The position numbers were made by a program, and so were the translations under genes. The notes under the pieces were generated by a model. It had not been told where the DNA came from, did not search any database, and saw nothing but the letters and a program-made list of their open reading frames with translations. Positions 42,170-54,275 of a stretch of DNA of 64,000 nt are shown one piece after another (position 1 is the first letter of the stretch; every line of letters begins with the position of its first letter). The DNA comes from the human T2T-CHM13v2.0 reference genome, Homo sapiens, in assembly GCF_009914755.1 (NCBI RefSeq), contig NC_060944.1. One strand, 5' to 3'.

Positions 42170-42418
42170 ATATATTTATTTGCACAAGCAAAATAATAAT
42201 AATAAAGATATATTTTTATGGTCTCATAATTTCTAATTTATTTTTTTAAAAAGGAAGCTACCTAAGTTTCCATCAATAGCATACTGGTTAAATAAGTTAA
42301 GGTACATCTTTGTAATTAAATACTAGGAAGATATTTTAAAAATAAAACATGCATATGGATTGATAAAGTTCTTCAAAATATAGTGTTCAGAAGAGAGAAA
42401 GGCAAGATGCAAAATAAC

Positions 42419-42451
<33 letters not shown>

Positions 42452-42670
42452 TGAATAAATTATCCAAATGATCATAATGAGAAACATTTGTCTACATATG
42501 CTAGAGTGGATAAGTACTTAATATGTAATAATATGTGAGAAAATGATAAAAAACAGTTACCTAAGTGGAATAAAAACTGAGGGAATGACACAAACTTTTG
42601 CTTTTTACCCCATATTATATTATTTTATTTATTTTCCCTGTGTACATATTAGTTTTTTATTTTTTTTAAA
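42170..42670 (+). mobile_element. L1ME-type 3' fragment containing a (CT)n(TG)n repeat
   Basis: ggaagctacctaagtttccatcaatagcatactggttaaataagtt; compound repeat at 42419-42453. Confidence 0.65.
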
Positions 42671-42771
42671 ATGGGATTAGGGTAGGACCTAAGGGTAAGG
42701 AGGCTGAGATAGGTGACTCTGAATCAGCAGATTCTTTATCTCCCAAATATATCACAGTGAGCTGGGCTAGA

Positions 42772-42774
<3 letters not shown>

Positions 42775-42819
<45 letters not shown>
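42775..42819. repeat. (TG)n microsatellite
   Basis: About 22 TG units. Confidence 0.97.
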
Positions 42820-42823
<4 letters not shown>

Positions 42824-45800
42824 ATATGAAATCAGATAGGGATTTGGGCCCAAACTAGAACATGCACCTACCACTACTAGCACTATTATTTATACTACTA
42901 CTAATAAAGTAACAGCAATAAATTTAAAACAATAAATGTATTTAATACTGATAATAAATTAATGTAAAGCAAAAGAAACAAGTATTTAAGGTTGAATACT
43001 TAAACTAAAATGTGTAAAATACTTTACTGCTTTTTTTAATTGTGAAAGGAGAAATTTCACAAACAAGTCCATTTTAACCAAGTTGCATTTTGACCATTAC
43101 AAAGGAAATGGAAAGTCCATTTAAAGTAGGACAGGGCTAGTCCCTGCTTGTGGTTTCATATTGGCTTCCTAATAAACTGTGACCCATTACAAATGAGATT
43201 GAGCTGGCTTTGTGCTTTGAAATTTTTTTTCTCAAATGTCTGGTCTCCTTAGATTTTTGAGCCCTGTTTTGCTTTTGCTGTCCATGAGGTTTTGAAGTTC
43301 ATTGATTTTGCTGTTTTAAAATATTGCTTCTGAATGGGGGTGCTTGGGGAGTGAGGACTGACTATGGAAGCCAAAGGCAGAGAGATGAGTGCAGAGACAT
43401 TTACAGTCAAGGCCAGAGTCCTGATGTGGCCTTGCCCTAAAGCTGTGCCCAGCCTAATCTCTTTTCCATGTGTAGCCTCACTGGGGAACTGTAGCATCTC
43501 AGGCTTTCTGAGGAAGCAGACACTACAATGAGAACCCAAATCCTATTCTTCCAGCAGAGCTCAATCATTAGAAGAAAATGGAATGTGGAAAGCATGTCAC
43601 ATACCTAACAGGGATGCTTTGCTTAGGCAGCCACAGCCAAAAGAGTCACATCTTCACATCAGTTTCTCTCCTGCATGTGTGGCCCAGGAGTTGCTACTCA
43701 ATACCACCCCTGGAGAAGAGCATGGCATGGAACCAGAGCTAATCTAGGGCTTTCATTTCTTTATTGCCTGCAGATTCCTTCCCTACCCAGGCCTGAGACA
43801 GAGTCTGTAGGGATGGAATACAGATGTGAGGGCAAGGGCTCCCATATCCTGGTATACAAAGCTCAGCCTGATGGTCTACATACCATTACTACTCAGTGGT
43901 TCCCAGGGCTCCCTCCATAGATGCCCTGACAAATGGTTTAGTGTAGAGTGATGAATGGTGACATTCCTGTCCACTGGGTTGGTGTTTGAATCTCTTTGGT
44001 CAAAAACAAAGTTGGTTCTAGCCATATACCAGAAGTCTTCATCCTTCAAGATTTCTTATTTGGAATTTAGACCATCTCTTGTCATAAAATTTACACTATT
44101 ACAAAAGAGGGGTTAGAACCACAGTACAACCCAGAAAAGCAGTTTGAGTTACCATATTTTATAAATGCATAGCTAGGCATAAACTGCAAGCCTGCAATCA
44201 AACAGCCAGCTTCAGAAGCTCTAATAATCCCTGTGGTCTAGAACAAAATATTGAATTTTAATGTTCCTTCTGCAAAAATGGGGTTAGTAACATCAACCCT
44301 CTGAAACCACTGAGGCAATTAAATCAGTGGATGTACGCGAAAGTGCTTGGCCTAGTGCTGGGGGATTGTATTTGAAGTATACTTCCCTGTTGCTTCCAAA
44401 AATTCCTAATATACTGAAATGTCATACATACGTTTAACTCTAGCTGCTTCTTAAGTCACCAACAAAAAGACAGTGTTAAGAACAACTTTTTGTGCTTGAA
44501 CCAATTTGCCATAAGTAACATCTTGCAAGCCCCCAGTGCCAACTGACTTATCACTAAGCTCATCCCAGATGAGACTTTGCAAATCTCTATTTATAAAATG
44601 AATACCTTGCTGCTAACTTATATTGGGAGGGAATTTCACTTGCCTTCAAATAAATATGCTGTCAGTAATTGCTGTATTTCCATTTCCATCATTCTGCAAG
44701 TCTCTAGCCAAAAGGTCACATGCTAACTTGGTACGTATGTATATATGTTGGGTAGAATACTTGCTCCAGATGATACTAGCACTGGATCTTGGGGCATTTA
44801 TCCGATGTCTCTGAGCCTCAATTTTCTTACATGAAGAATAACAGTTACTATATTTACTGCAAAGTTCTGTTGAAAGATTAAATCATATGATGCATATACA
44901 CGCCTGGGCCATATGGCAATTATTACTGTTGTTCTTGTTATCTACGACTTCATGAGACTTTATTTTCAGCATCATGAAAGATGTGACTGACTCCTACTTC
45001 TGTTTGATCATTCTCCTTTCCCATCCATACCAAAATGAATAGAATAATAAAATTACGAACATTTAAGGTAGATCTTTAAACCAGTGCAATATCCAACACA
45101 GAGCATTGCATGTAGTAGAATTAATGAACATTTGATGACAAGTTGAGTAAATAAAACAGTCCATACACCCCTCAGGGTTTTCAGTTTTTTCTAGAACATC
45201 ATTAACAAGCAGTCTTCAGACCTATGTCTGAATATCCCCAGCCTCCAGAAACTTAAAACTACTTCAATTGCATTTATAGTGGGTTTACCAAATGTGTGAC
45301 TTGTGAAGCCATCTTCTAACCCTACACCTACGGCAGTTTACACGCATTGATAAGGGCACCAAAACAGGATCACAGAATCCTTAGCTCCAGCTAGATTACC
45401 AAAAAAAAATCAGAGTACTCTTCATATTAGAGAAGTCTGTCTTTCAGTGAGTCATCATCTATTTCTTTCTACTTCTTTTCTTGTGGCCCTAAAAGCCAGA
45501 CAGAAATAGTCTGATTGTTCTCCTGCATGAGGTTGCTTCAGAGAGCTGCAGGCAGCTTCTCAGTGTTTCAGATCCACCTTCAGCAGGAAATATTCTTCTG
45601 CAACCACCACACACATATTCCAGAGATGTGAATAAGAAATAGGGGAGTTCTTCACAATTTGTTCATGAAGAGGGAAAAGGAGAGGCCTCTTGGTCTCTGA
45701 GCTATTATTAAAATAAATATCATTGGCTAAAAGGCCAGAAAAAGTTTCGGGACCACACAGGCAACTGACACTTTTCCAACTCTACCATATCATCACTAAT

Positions 45801-45972
45801 TGGATATGCTAACACTTTCTGTAGCATTTCATAAAAAATGTTTCAAGACCAAGTGATAAGATGTCTAAACAAGCTTGTCTTTGGATGCTTGCTCTGGTTA
45901 GTTCTGAGGAAATACCTACAACAAAATAGCAAAGGATTTTTCTCTCCTCTAGTCCCAGGTGGGTAATTTTCT

Positions 45973-45989
45973 CTCCCCACCCCTTCTCT

Positions 45990-46039
<50 letters not shown>
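45973..46039. repeat. (TG)n microsatellite, long and perfect
   Basis: About 33 uninterrupted GT units. Confidence 0.97.
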
Positions 46040-46040
<1 letters not shown>

Positions 46041-46675
46041 TCCCTGCCCCTCAATGGGAACACAGTCAGATTTTGCTATACTTCAGAATCATGAAACCTC
46101 TTGAAATAGCCATAGTTCAGGGCTGAAGTGTCAAATCCAGAGAGCTTCACTTGAATTTTCCTTGGATTGAACACTTCCCCAGAGAGATACAAAATTACAA
46201 AGATCATGTTTTGTGGATTTACTTCAGGTTCAGTCAGAATGTGTTGTAAAAGGTTAAACTTATTTTTTAATAGCAACAGTACCCATCTTTCAGAGTCCAG
46301 AGACACCCTCTATTTCTGCCTCAAGATTTGCCTTCTTGAGGCAGAAATAGAGGGTGTCTCTGGACTTCTGAAAGATAGATACTATTGCTATCTGTAGGAT
46401 CATATTTTCAGAAAGAAGTCATATTGGCTCAAATTTGCAAAAACACAATAGGCATTTTAATGAAATTGCTGAAGAAAAAATAAAAGGTGCCTACATGTTT
46501 TGTCTACATCAAATTATGTGCTCTGCTCTGGAAAACTCAGGTTTCTTGCCTATAAAAGAGAAACCGTCTATTGCATTTATTGTCCCATCAACCTCATCTT
46601 ACCTATCTAAGGAGATAAACAGCCAATGCTTACACCTTCCATAGCTACTCAAAGCACTTGGCCTTGAAAAGTTGC

Positions 46676-47156
46676 TGTATTCATTTCCTGTTTCTGCTCC
46701 TACAAATTAATGCAAACTTCATGGCTTAAAGCAACATAACTTGATTATTTTACTGCTCTGGAGGTCAGAAGCCTGAAATGGATCTCACATGGCTAACACC
46801 ACGGTGTCAGTAGTGCTGCATTTCTTCTAGAAGTTTTAAGGGAGAATTGAGTTTGTTGCCTATTCCAGCATCTAGAGATCTCCTATATTCCTTGGCTTGA
46901 GACCCCTTTCTTCATCTTCAAAGCCAACAGAACAGCATCTCCAGGTGCTGCTGTGTAACCTCCTTCTTCCACTTATAAGGACCCTTGAGAATATGTTGGA
47001 CCCACTGTGATAATCCAGGGAAATCTTTCATCTCAAGATTCTTAATCACCTCTGCAATGTCTCTTTGACCATGTAAGATAATATACTCAGATATATTTTG
47101 GGGACGGGTTTTGGGGACTGAGACATGGACAACATTGAAGGACAGCATTGCTACAA
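46676..47156 (-). mobile_element. MLT1 (MaLR) solo LTR
   Basis: tgtattcatttcctg...ggcttaaagcaac...tctggaggtcagaagcctgaaat...tcttaatcacctctgcaa. Confidence 0.88.
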
Positions 47157-49377
47157 ATGCTAACGTAAGATCATGGGCTGGACCTAGATTTAGAAAATAA
47201 GGCAGGCAGATGAAGGAGAGAGAGCCTTTGGCACTGGTGAAGAACTTGCCTTTTGCCTGGCTCCTTATTTTGTCATCATAGAGTCCAAGTAAAGTGGGGA
47301 GAGGAGTCCCATGTCTAAGATATGGAAACTGAAATTGAGAGAGTTTGCATGGTATTTCCGAGACTCACAGTTATTCCAAGGAGATCAAAATCGAAGCTCT
47401 TTCCATAGCACTATGCCCCTGGCTACACCACAAATATTACATGGCAGATGTGTTTAGCAAGGTTTTATGATGCAGAGCCAGGGCTCTGCACAAATATTAA
47501 CTTACAGTTGGTGACTTCTCACAGCTAAAGGTTATTCCTCAAAGGTGAAACTTACTTCATGAAATAGCTTTTTTCTTTAGTGGGAAGTAAGCAAAAACAT
47601 TTTTGTATTTTTGGCTGAGCCAAAAGAAATGCTGTTTCGAAAGAGTAAGTAGTTTTCACCTGTGCACACTATATTACATTTCAGTACTTTAGAGGTGGTT
47701 TTTAAGGAATATCCAAAAAAATCAAAAGGTAAAACGTTTTCTATATGGAAAATTATTTTAAATCTTTTAAATAAGAGGTTAGTCAGGGGTGAGAGAAGGA
47801 GTGTAGAGTTAAATAACTGGTATCCTATTCCCCGTGCCTTGTGTTTCTGAGCCAAATTGTATTGAGTTTTAAAAGAAAGAGTCTTGGCATTTCCACAAAA
47901 TTTGGGAGAAGGGAAAAACATCTCATAGAAATGCTGCTAGAATAAATCATACTTGGAGACTTCTGGCCAGAGAGAGCAGCCTTCTCCATCCACCCCAAAT
48001 TAGGCTAAGAGGTTTTCTTTGAAATAAAATGGACCTTTGAAATTCTGAATTATTAGAGTAACTCAAACTACATATTTAGAATTCTGAGTAAGGCCAACAA
48101 TCATTTCAGGCTTTTTTTTTTTTCATTTTTCTGTTATACAATATGGTCTTCTGCATCATTCTGGGAAGAGGCGTGGTAGATGACATTTTATAAAAACTTA
48201 TTTTGCTTTAAAAGCTTTACATTTTGTTTCAATGCCAAATTCAAATTTGAGCATCTGAGAAAAGCATCTCACTTCTGAAAGTTATTGATGATTTTACAAA
48301 TAAGTCAATATTTCACTGATTTCAATAATAAGGCTGAAAGTTTGATTACCACCTGGCCCATTTGCTACACAACATTCAGCTTATTCAAAGGCCAAATACA
48401 AATCTCATTAATAAGGAAGAATGCATATTTTAGGTGAACTATTTTAGGTAGAATAAACTTACGAAAGCGTTAGAAAGATTAAACCTGAGGAGCTTATGAT
48501 CACAATCTATAATGGGAAGGAAGAAAGAGAAATTAACATTTTAAAAGTATCTTCTAATTTCTCTTATTATTTCTGTGATCCTTACAATAATGCTTTGAGA
48601 TAGATAAAAATAACCCTTTACCTAAAGAAAGTGAGGCTAAGAAAGCTTAAGTGACTTTTCCAAAGACACTTTTGTAAGGAGATGGTCAACTTTAGAAGAC
48701 CTCAGCTTCCAAAAATATCAAGAGATATTTTTCACTGCCCCTAGCACAAATATATTCACTCTACCCTCATCAGAGATGTGAGGTTAAAATCCATGTAAGT
48801 ACAAAAGCCTTTTATCAGTTTCTTTACTTGTTACATTGGAATATTCCATTTGAATCAGGTATGTTTCCAGGCTGGACGTGAAGTGATGTGAAAATACAGT
48901 GATCCGCAGGTCACCTATGCAAGGGTTCACCACTCAGCTGGTAGTTAAAATGCTGTCACTCTCAAATCTTGTTTGGCTTTCCCACATGTACCCATGGTTT
49001 CTCCAACACTCTCAGATGTTCCATCCCTAGCATTTGAATTAATATGTTCAAATTGATTGGCCATATGTAATGATCAATTTAGTTAATGTCGAGAACACCA
49101 ACTAAGAGATTATTTCTATCTGGTGCCAGGTCCACCTTTGTGCATGCTGATAGAAACAAGGAAGGTCCTTCTGTAGAGAGAAAGTAGATCCCAGAATCAG
49201 AAACCAGGAATGCACATTCCTACATTCCTTATCCTTAGAGATCAATGCTATCTCTTATCATATACATATTAAACTACAATGCATTAGTATTAGGTTATTA
49301 TGCATAAATAAACTATATATTTTTAAATTAATTACACTTTTTAAAATCTCTTTAAGCCATATTATACATATAGACAG

Positions 49378-49786
49378 TGTATTAATTTGTTTGGGCTGCC
49401 ATAACAAAATACCAGACTAAGTGGCTTAAACAATAACTTTTTTTTTTTTTTTTAACAATTTTGGGGGATAAAAGTCCAAGATCAAGTTACCCTCAAGGCT
49501 GACTTCTTGTGAGGCCACTGTTTCTGGCTTATAGGCAACCATTTCACCTCTGTGTCCCCACATGGCTTGTCCTCTCTGCATGTGAAGAGAGAGAGAGAGA
49601 GATCTTTGGTATTTCTTCCTCTTCTTACAAAGCTACCAGTCCTATTGGGTTAGGGCTCCACCTTTATGATTTAATTTAACCTTAATTACGTCCTTAAAGA
49701 CCTTACCTTCAGTCACATTGAGGGTTAGGACTTCAACATACAAATTGACAAATTTCTGGGCTGGCGGGGGGAACAATTCGATCCAT

Positions 49787-49790
<4 letters not shown>
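49378..49790 (-). mobile_element. MaLR solo LTR (MLT1A/MST type)
   Basis: tgtattaatttgtttgggctgccataacaaaatacc...aagtccaagatcaag...gggttaggacttcaacata. Confidence 0.88.
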
Positions 49791-49838
<48 letters not shown>

Positions 49839-49854
49839 CATAGATACATAGATA
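49787..49854. repeat. (GATA)13 CATA GATA CATA GATA tetranucleotide STR
   Basis: Counted directly. Confidence 0.97.
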
Positions 49855-50132
49855 ACTAATCCTTATTTGGCTAGCTAGGATGGATGTCCTCCTACAAAAT
49901 TTGCTCCATGACATTAACTCTGTTGCCTGGACATTTTACTTTAAAGGGTACGTGAGATGTGACTAATAACCCCTATTTCTTGGAGTTGTTATGAAGATAA
50001 ATAAATGTATTTAAATTACTTTTTTCTGGCTGATTGCTACTAATAATTATGATTCAGGTAAAGTATCACCTCTTCCAATAAATGTATCTTGGTTCTTGCC
50101 CCTGCTAAACTGGAAAAAGCACCTTTTCTTGT

Positions 50133-50304
50133 CTTTTTTATTTTTTTTGAGACAGAGTCTCACTCTGTCACCCAGGCTGGAGTGCAGTGGTACAGTGATG
50201 CTGTTTTGGCTTACTTCAGCCTCCACCTCCCGTGTTCAAGCAACTGTCCTGCCTCAGCCTCCCGAGTAGCTGGGATTACAGCCACGTGCCACCATGCCCA
50301 GCTA
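50133..50304 (-). mobile_element. Alu right-arm monomer (FRAM-like or 5'-truncated Alu) with TSD
   Basis: Only the right arm is present; aaagc[a/c]ccttttct at 50116-50129 and 50306-50319. Confidence 0.93.
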
Positions 50305-51344
50305 CAAAGCCCCTTTTCTGTGAACCCTTCCTCAATGTTTACACTACATCATACATCAATTATATCATTAAACTATAAGCTCTTTGAAAGCAGGAATAGA
50401 ATGTAATTAATCTCCAGCTCTTCAGCAATCGTTACAATCTCTAGCACACCATCCATATTGAATGAATAAATGCAAAATACCTAGTACTGTACCTAGAATG
50501 TAATATTAATGCAATTTTATGTTCAGAAAGCACTAAAAATTCAGTAAGCATTAACTACTAAAAATATTTTAGTTACTTAAAGTTATAGAAGGTTTAAAAA
50601 TGATTAAAACAGTGGGTGTGATGAATCTTATGTTTCACTTTTATAATGACTTGTTATTTTTGAAATTCACAGCTTGGATAGTAAAAGAAATGAGAGAGTT
50701 TCAGTTCCAGTACTTTCCAGGCTCTACCACAACATTGCCTAATGCAGAATTCATTTCAGACAATTCTCCTTTTCGAGAGTTTTCTTGACCACCCCCCCCC
50801 CAAAAAAAAGTAAAGGTTATTTTTTCCTATTGTCACTGCTTACTAGTCTTGAAACATTAAACATTATTTTTGGAAATTTAAATGGGAGGTTTTGGCCCAC
50901 AGAGGCAATGTCCGCTGTCCAGCAGGACTGGCTCCAGGAGGTGAGGCCCATGGCTGTGTTTAAATCAGCAATCCAAGCCCAGAAATATTCTCAGCAAAGG
51001 GGCAGCTCTGGGCATACCCTCTTAACAATCTGTGTCTTTTCATGGAAAAATCCCCTTTGGATCTTATGATATATTTATTGACTTTCTTTCCATGTGAAGG
51101 GATTCCAAATCTTCCAAAGGAATCTGATGGCCTCAAAGGATATATTCCTACCTGATTTTCCAGAAAGTTCCATAGACTCACTCTTAATAGATATACCCAG
51201 GGAGATTAGGTAACTGACAGGTTCCGAATGTAGTTAAGTTAGCATTTTTCCCAGTTACAAGTCTAGGATCCCATATTCAGAAAAGTTTGTACCATTTAGC
51301 AATGAGAAAATACACCTGCTAGGTTCACTGTGGAATTCTACAGC

Positions 51345-51790
51345 TTTAAAGCGCAGAAGGCGGAGATTCCCAATCTGGGCTCTAAATTGGTGTCATCCAG
51401 AGAGATGTGAAAAATATTGATACCACTCCAGAGATTCTTATTTAATTAGTCTAGCAGCCTGGGTATCAAGACTTTAACAGCTTTCCAGGTGTTTCTAATC
51501 TGCAGCCTAGCCTAATAAGCTCTGCTCTGAGGTCTGGAACTGTGTTTTTCATCCCTGGATAAACACTGGAATCTGGGGAACATCCCAATTCTCATCCCTT
51601 CCATCTAAGTCAGTGATTCTTATACTTTATGTCAGAATCATCTGGAGGGATTCTTAAATACAGATTGTGGGCCCCAACCCCAGAGTTTGTAATTTGGTAT
51701 ATATGGGGTAGGGCCTGGGAATTTGCATTTTAACAAGTTTGCTTATGGATCTGTGGTTACAGGTCCTAGGACCCACTTCCAGAACCACTG
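51345..51790. mobile_element. MER5 family hAT-Charlie MITEs (MER5B-like, then MER5A at 51611-51790)
   Basis: TIR-like cagtgattct...agaaccactg; gggcctgggaatttgcattttaacaag. Confidence 0.75.
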
Positions 51791-52056
51791 CCAAAGATAT
51801 GATGTATTTGGTTCAGGGAACTTTGTCTTCCTAGACTGAAAAATATCCGAAATCTATACCTAAGTGCTATTACCAATTACTCACCCTGGCATTGCAATGG
51901 AGATTCGCCATGACTCCAGTTTGAGTAGTGCCTTAAATCCCTCCCCCAGGGCTACCCAGGGTAGTGTCGTATAGTGGACAGAACACAGGACAAACTTGCT
52001 TTCCACTCCTGTCTGTGCCCCTTAGTAGCACATAACTGTAAGCACGTTGTTAGCCT

Positions 52057-52169
52057 TGGGTGATCAATTTACCCTGGTTTATGTAGACCTTTACCAGTTT
52101 AAGCACTGAAAGTCTCACATCCTTGGAAACCCCTTAGTTCAGGGAAAACCTAAAAGGTTAGTCATTCTT
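52057..52169 (+). mobile_element. MER81-like hAT-Blackjack MITE
   Basis: gggtgatcaa...agcactgaaagtctcacatccttggaaacccct...ggttagtcattct. Confidence 0.7.
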
Positions 52170-52420
52170 TGGTGTTTCCATTGTTGTTTAACCAGTGGTA
52201 AGAAAAGCCAAGTTGACTTTGAAGAGTCCCTTCAAGCATTTGAGATAGTACATGTAAACCACCTTGTATAGAGCAGTTGCTTCATAAAAAATAATCGTGA
52301 TTATGTCTATGACATATTTTAAGATGGATTGTGTAGGGAAGGGAATGACATGTTTAATCACCAGTATACATTTGTAGTGAAGATCATGCAAAGCCTTTGG
52401 TTTGGCTAATGCTTTTAGAG

Positions 52421-52750
52421 CAGTGGGTCTCAACTTTGGCTGCACATTTAGATCACCTGGGGAGATTTCAGACAACCTCCTCCAAATACCCAAACCACAG
52501 CCCAGATGATTAAATCAGAATATTTGGTGTTGTAACTCAGACATGAGTATTTTTATGAGCTCCCTAGGTGATTTCAACTTGCAGCCAAAGTTGAGACCTT
52601 CTCAAGGTGTGGTCCCTGACTGGCAGCTTCAACATGACCTGGGAACTTGCTAGACATGCACATTTTCAACACTCTCCCCCTCCCTACTAGTATAATTGAG
52701 ATCTTTGGGGCTGAGGCCCAGAAATCAGTGTTTATCAAGTTCTCCCTTGC
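52421..52750. mobile_element. Adjacent MER5B-like and MER5A-like MITEs
   Basis: cagtgggtctcaactttggctgcaca...tgcagccaaagttgagacc (inverted ends), then ttctcaaggtgtggtccc...acctgggaacttgctaga. Confidence 0.8.
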
Positions 52751-52789
52751 ACACTACAGATCACACTTTGAGTAACACTGAAATGGCAC

Positions 52790-53900
52790 TTTCTGTTGCT
52801 CTACTAATGTGCTTATATTTATTATTGGCAAATGTCCTCTCTTTCTAGCAGCACTAGATAAACCTTTTTTATAGAATTATTTTAATATACTATTTGGTTC
52901 TATTTTCAAAATTTTTACTTAGAATTTTTGTATCAATATTTAAAAGTTGTTTTGACTTCTAGTTTTGATTTTGTGCAATCTTTCCCACATCTTAATGTCT
53001 ATGATATCCTAACTTGATAAATTAATTGGAAAGCTTTTCTTCTTATTTTATGTTTTGAACCAGTTTGTATAAATTAAAATTATCTGTTCCTCAAAAATTT
53101 GTAATTCACTGGTGAAAACACACTTGGCTGTGTCACCGTTGTTGGAAGCAGATTTCTTTTCACAGTTTTTTTGTCCATAAACATTATTTCTAATGTTATT
53201 TTTGGCCACCTATATTACCTAGAAGACCATCCACCTTGAAATCTTTTTTTCAAACTGTTGGCTTAGGAAATAATACTATGTTTTCTTAAATTTTTTTTTT
53301 AATTATTTCAATATGTGTGTCTATGTCTTTTTCCAAACACTAGAACTGAATGTTTAGTGCATGAATTTAAGTTATGTACTAAATTTTTTCGTTTATATTT
53401 AAATACTTGAATATATGAATATTCCTACGAGAATAGCTATGGCTGACATCCATAAATTTTCATGTTATATCATTATGAATTTTTGCTTTTTAGAAGGTGC
53501 TGTGATAGATAAGCAAGATCTAAAAGTTCTTTGAGCAATGGAAAATAAGACATTTCTTTGTTTTCACTGCACAGGAGATTTACATATGAATATACTTCAT
53601 GCTTATAAGTGAATATATGTATATCGACCTGCAAGAAATCCTCTTTCCTTGTCTATTCTCTAATTTTTAATGTATTTTATTAGTAGAAAAATGATTAGCA
53701 AAATTCCTAACCTACAATAAAAATAAAAGAATCCTCCTTTTTTCAATTAAAAAATTTAAAACCTTTGTTATTTATGTTGCAGAAATATTTGCTTTTTAAA
53801 TTTTAATTCGCATATGTCTGATATATTGAAATCAAACATCTTGTTATTTACTATTTTAGATAAATTTTTTTCAAAATTTATGCATGCTATTTGTAGAAAA
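52790..53900 (-). mobile_element. Old L1M remnant, antisense
   Basis: tttgtataaattaaaattatctgttcctcaaaaatttgtaattcactggtgaaaac matches the same L1 ORF2 region seen at about 20.1 kb. Confidence 0.6.
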
Positions 53901-53910
53901 TTTTACAAGT

Positions 53911-54275
53911 TATATTAGTCTGCTTTCATGCTGCTTATAAAGACATACCAAAGACTGGAGTATTTATTTAAAAAAAGAGATTTTATGGACTCACAGTTCC
54001 ACATGCCTTGGGAGGCCTCACAATCATGGCAGAAGGCAAAGGAGGGGCAAAATCACATCTTACATGGCATCAGGCAAGAGAGCGTGTGCAGGGAATCTGC
54101 CCTTTATAAAATCATCAGAACTTGTGAGACTTACTCATTATCACTAAAACAGCATGGGAAAGACCCACACCCATGATTCAATTACTTCCCATGGGGTCCC
54201 TCCCATGATATGTGGGAATTATGGGAGCTACAATTCACGATGAAATTTGATTGGGGACACAGCCAAACCATATCA
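53911..54275 (-). mobile_element. THE1 (MaLR) solo LTR with 5-bp TSD caagt
   Basis: tatattagtc...catggcagaaggcaaagg...ggggacacagccaaaccatatca; caagt at 53906-53910 and 54276-54280. Confidence 0.95.
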
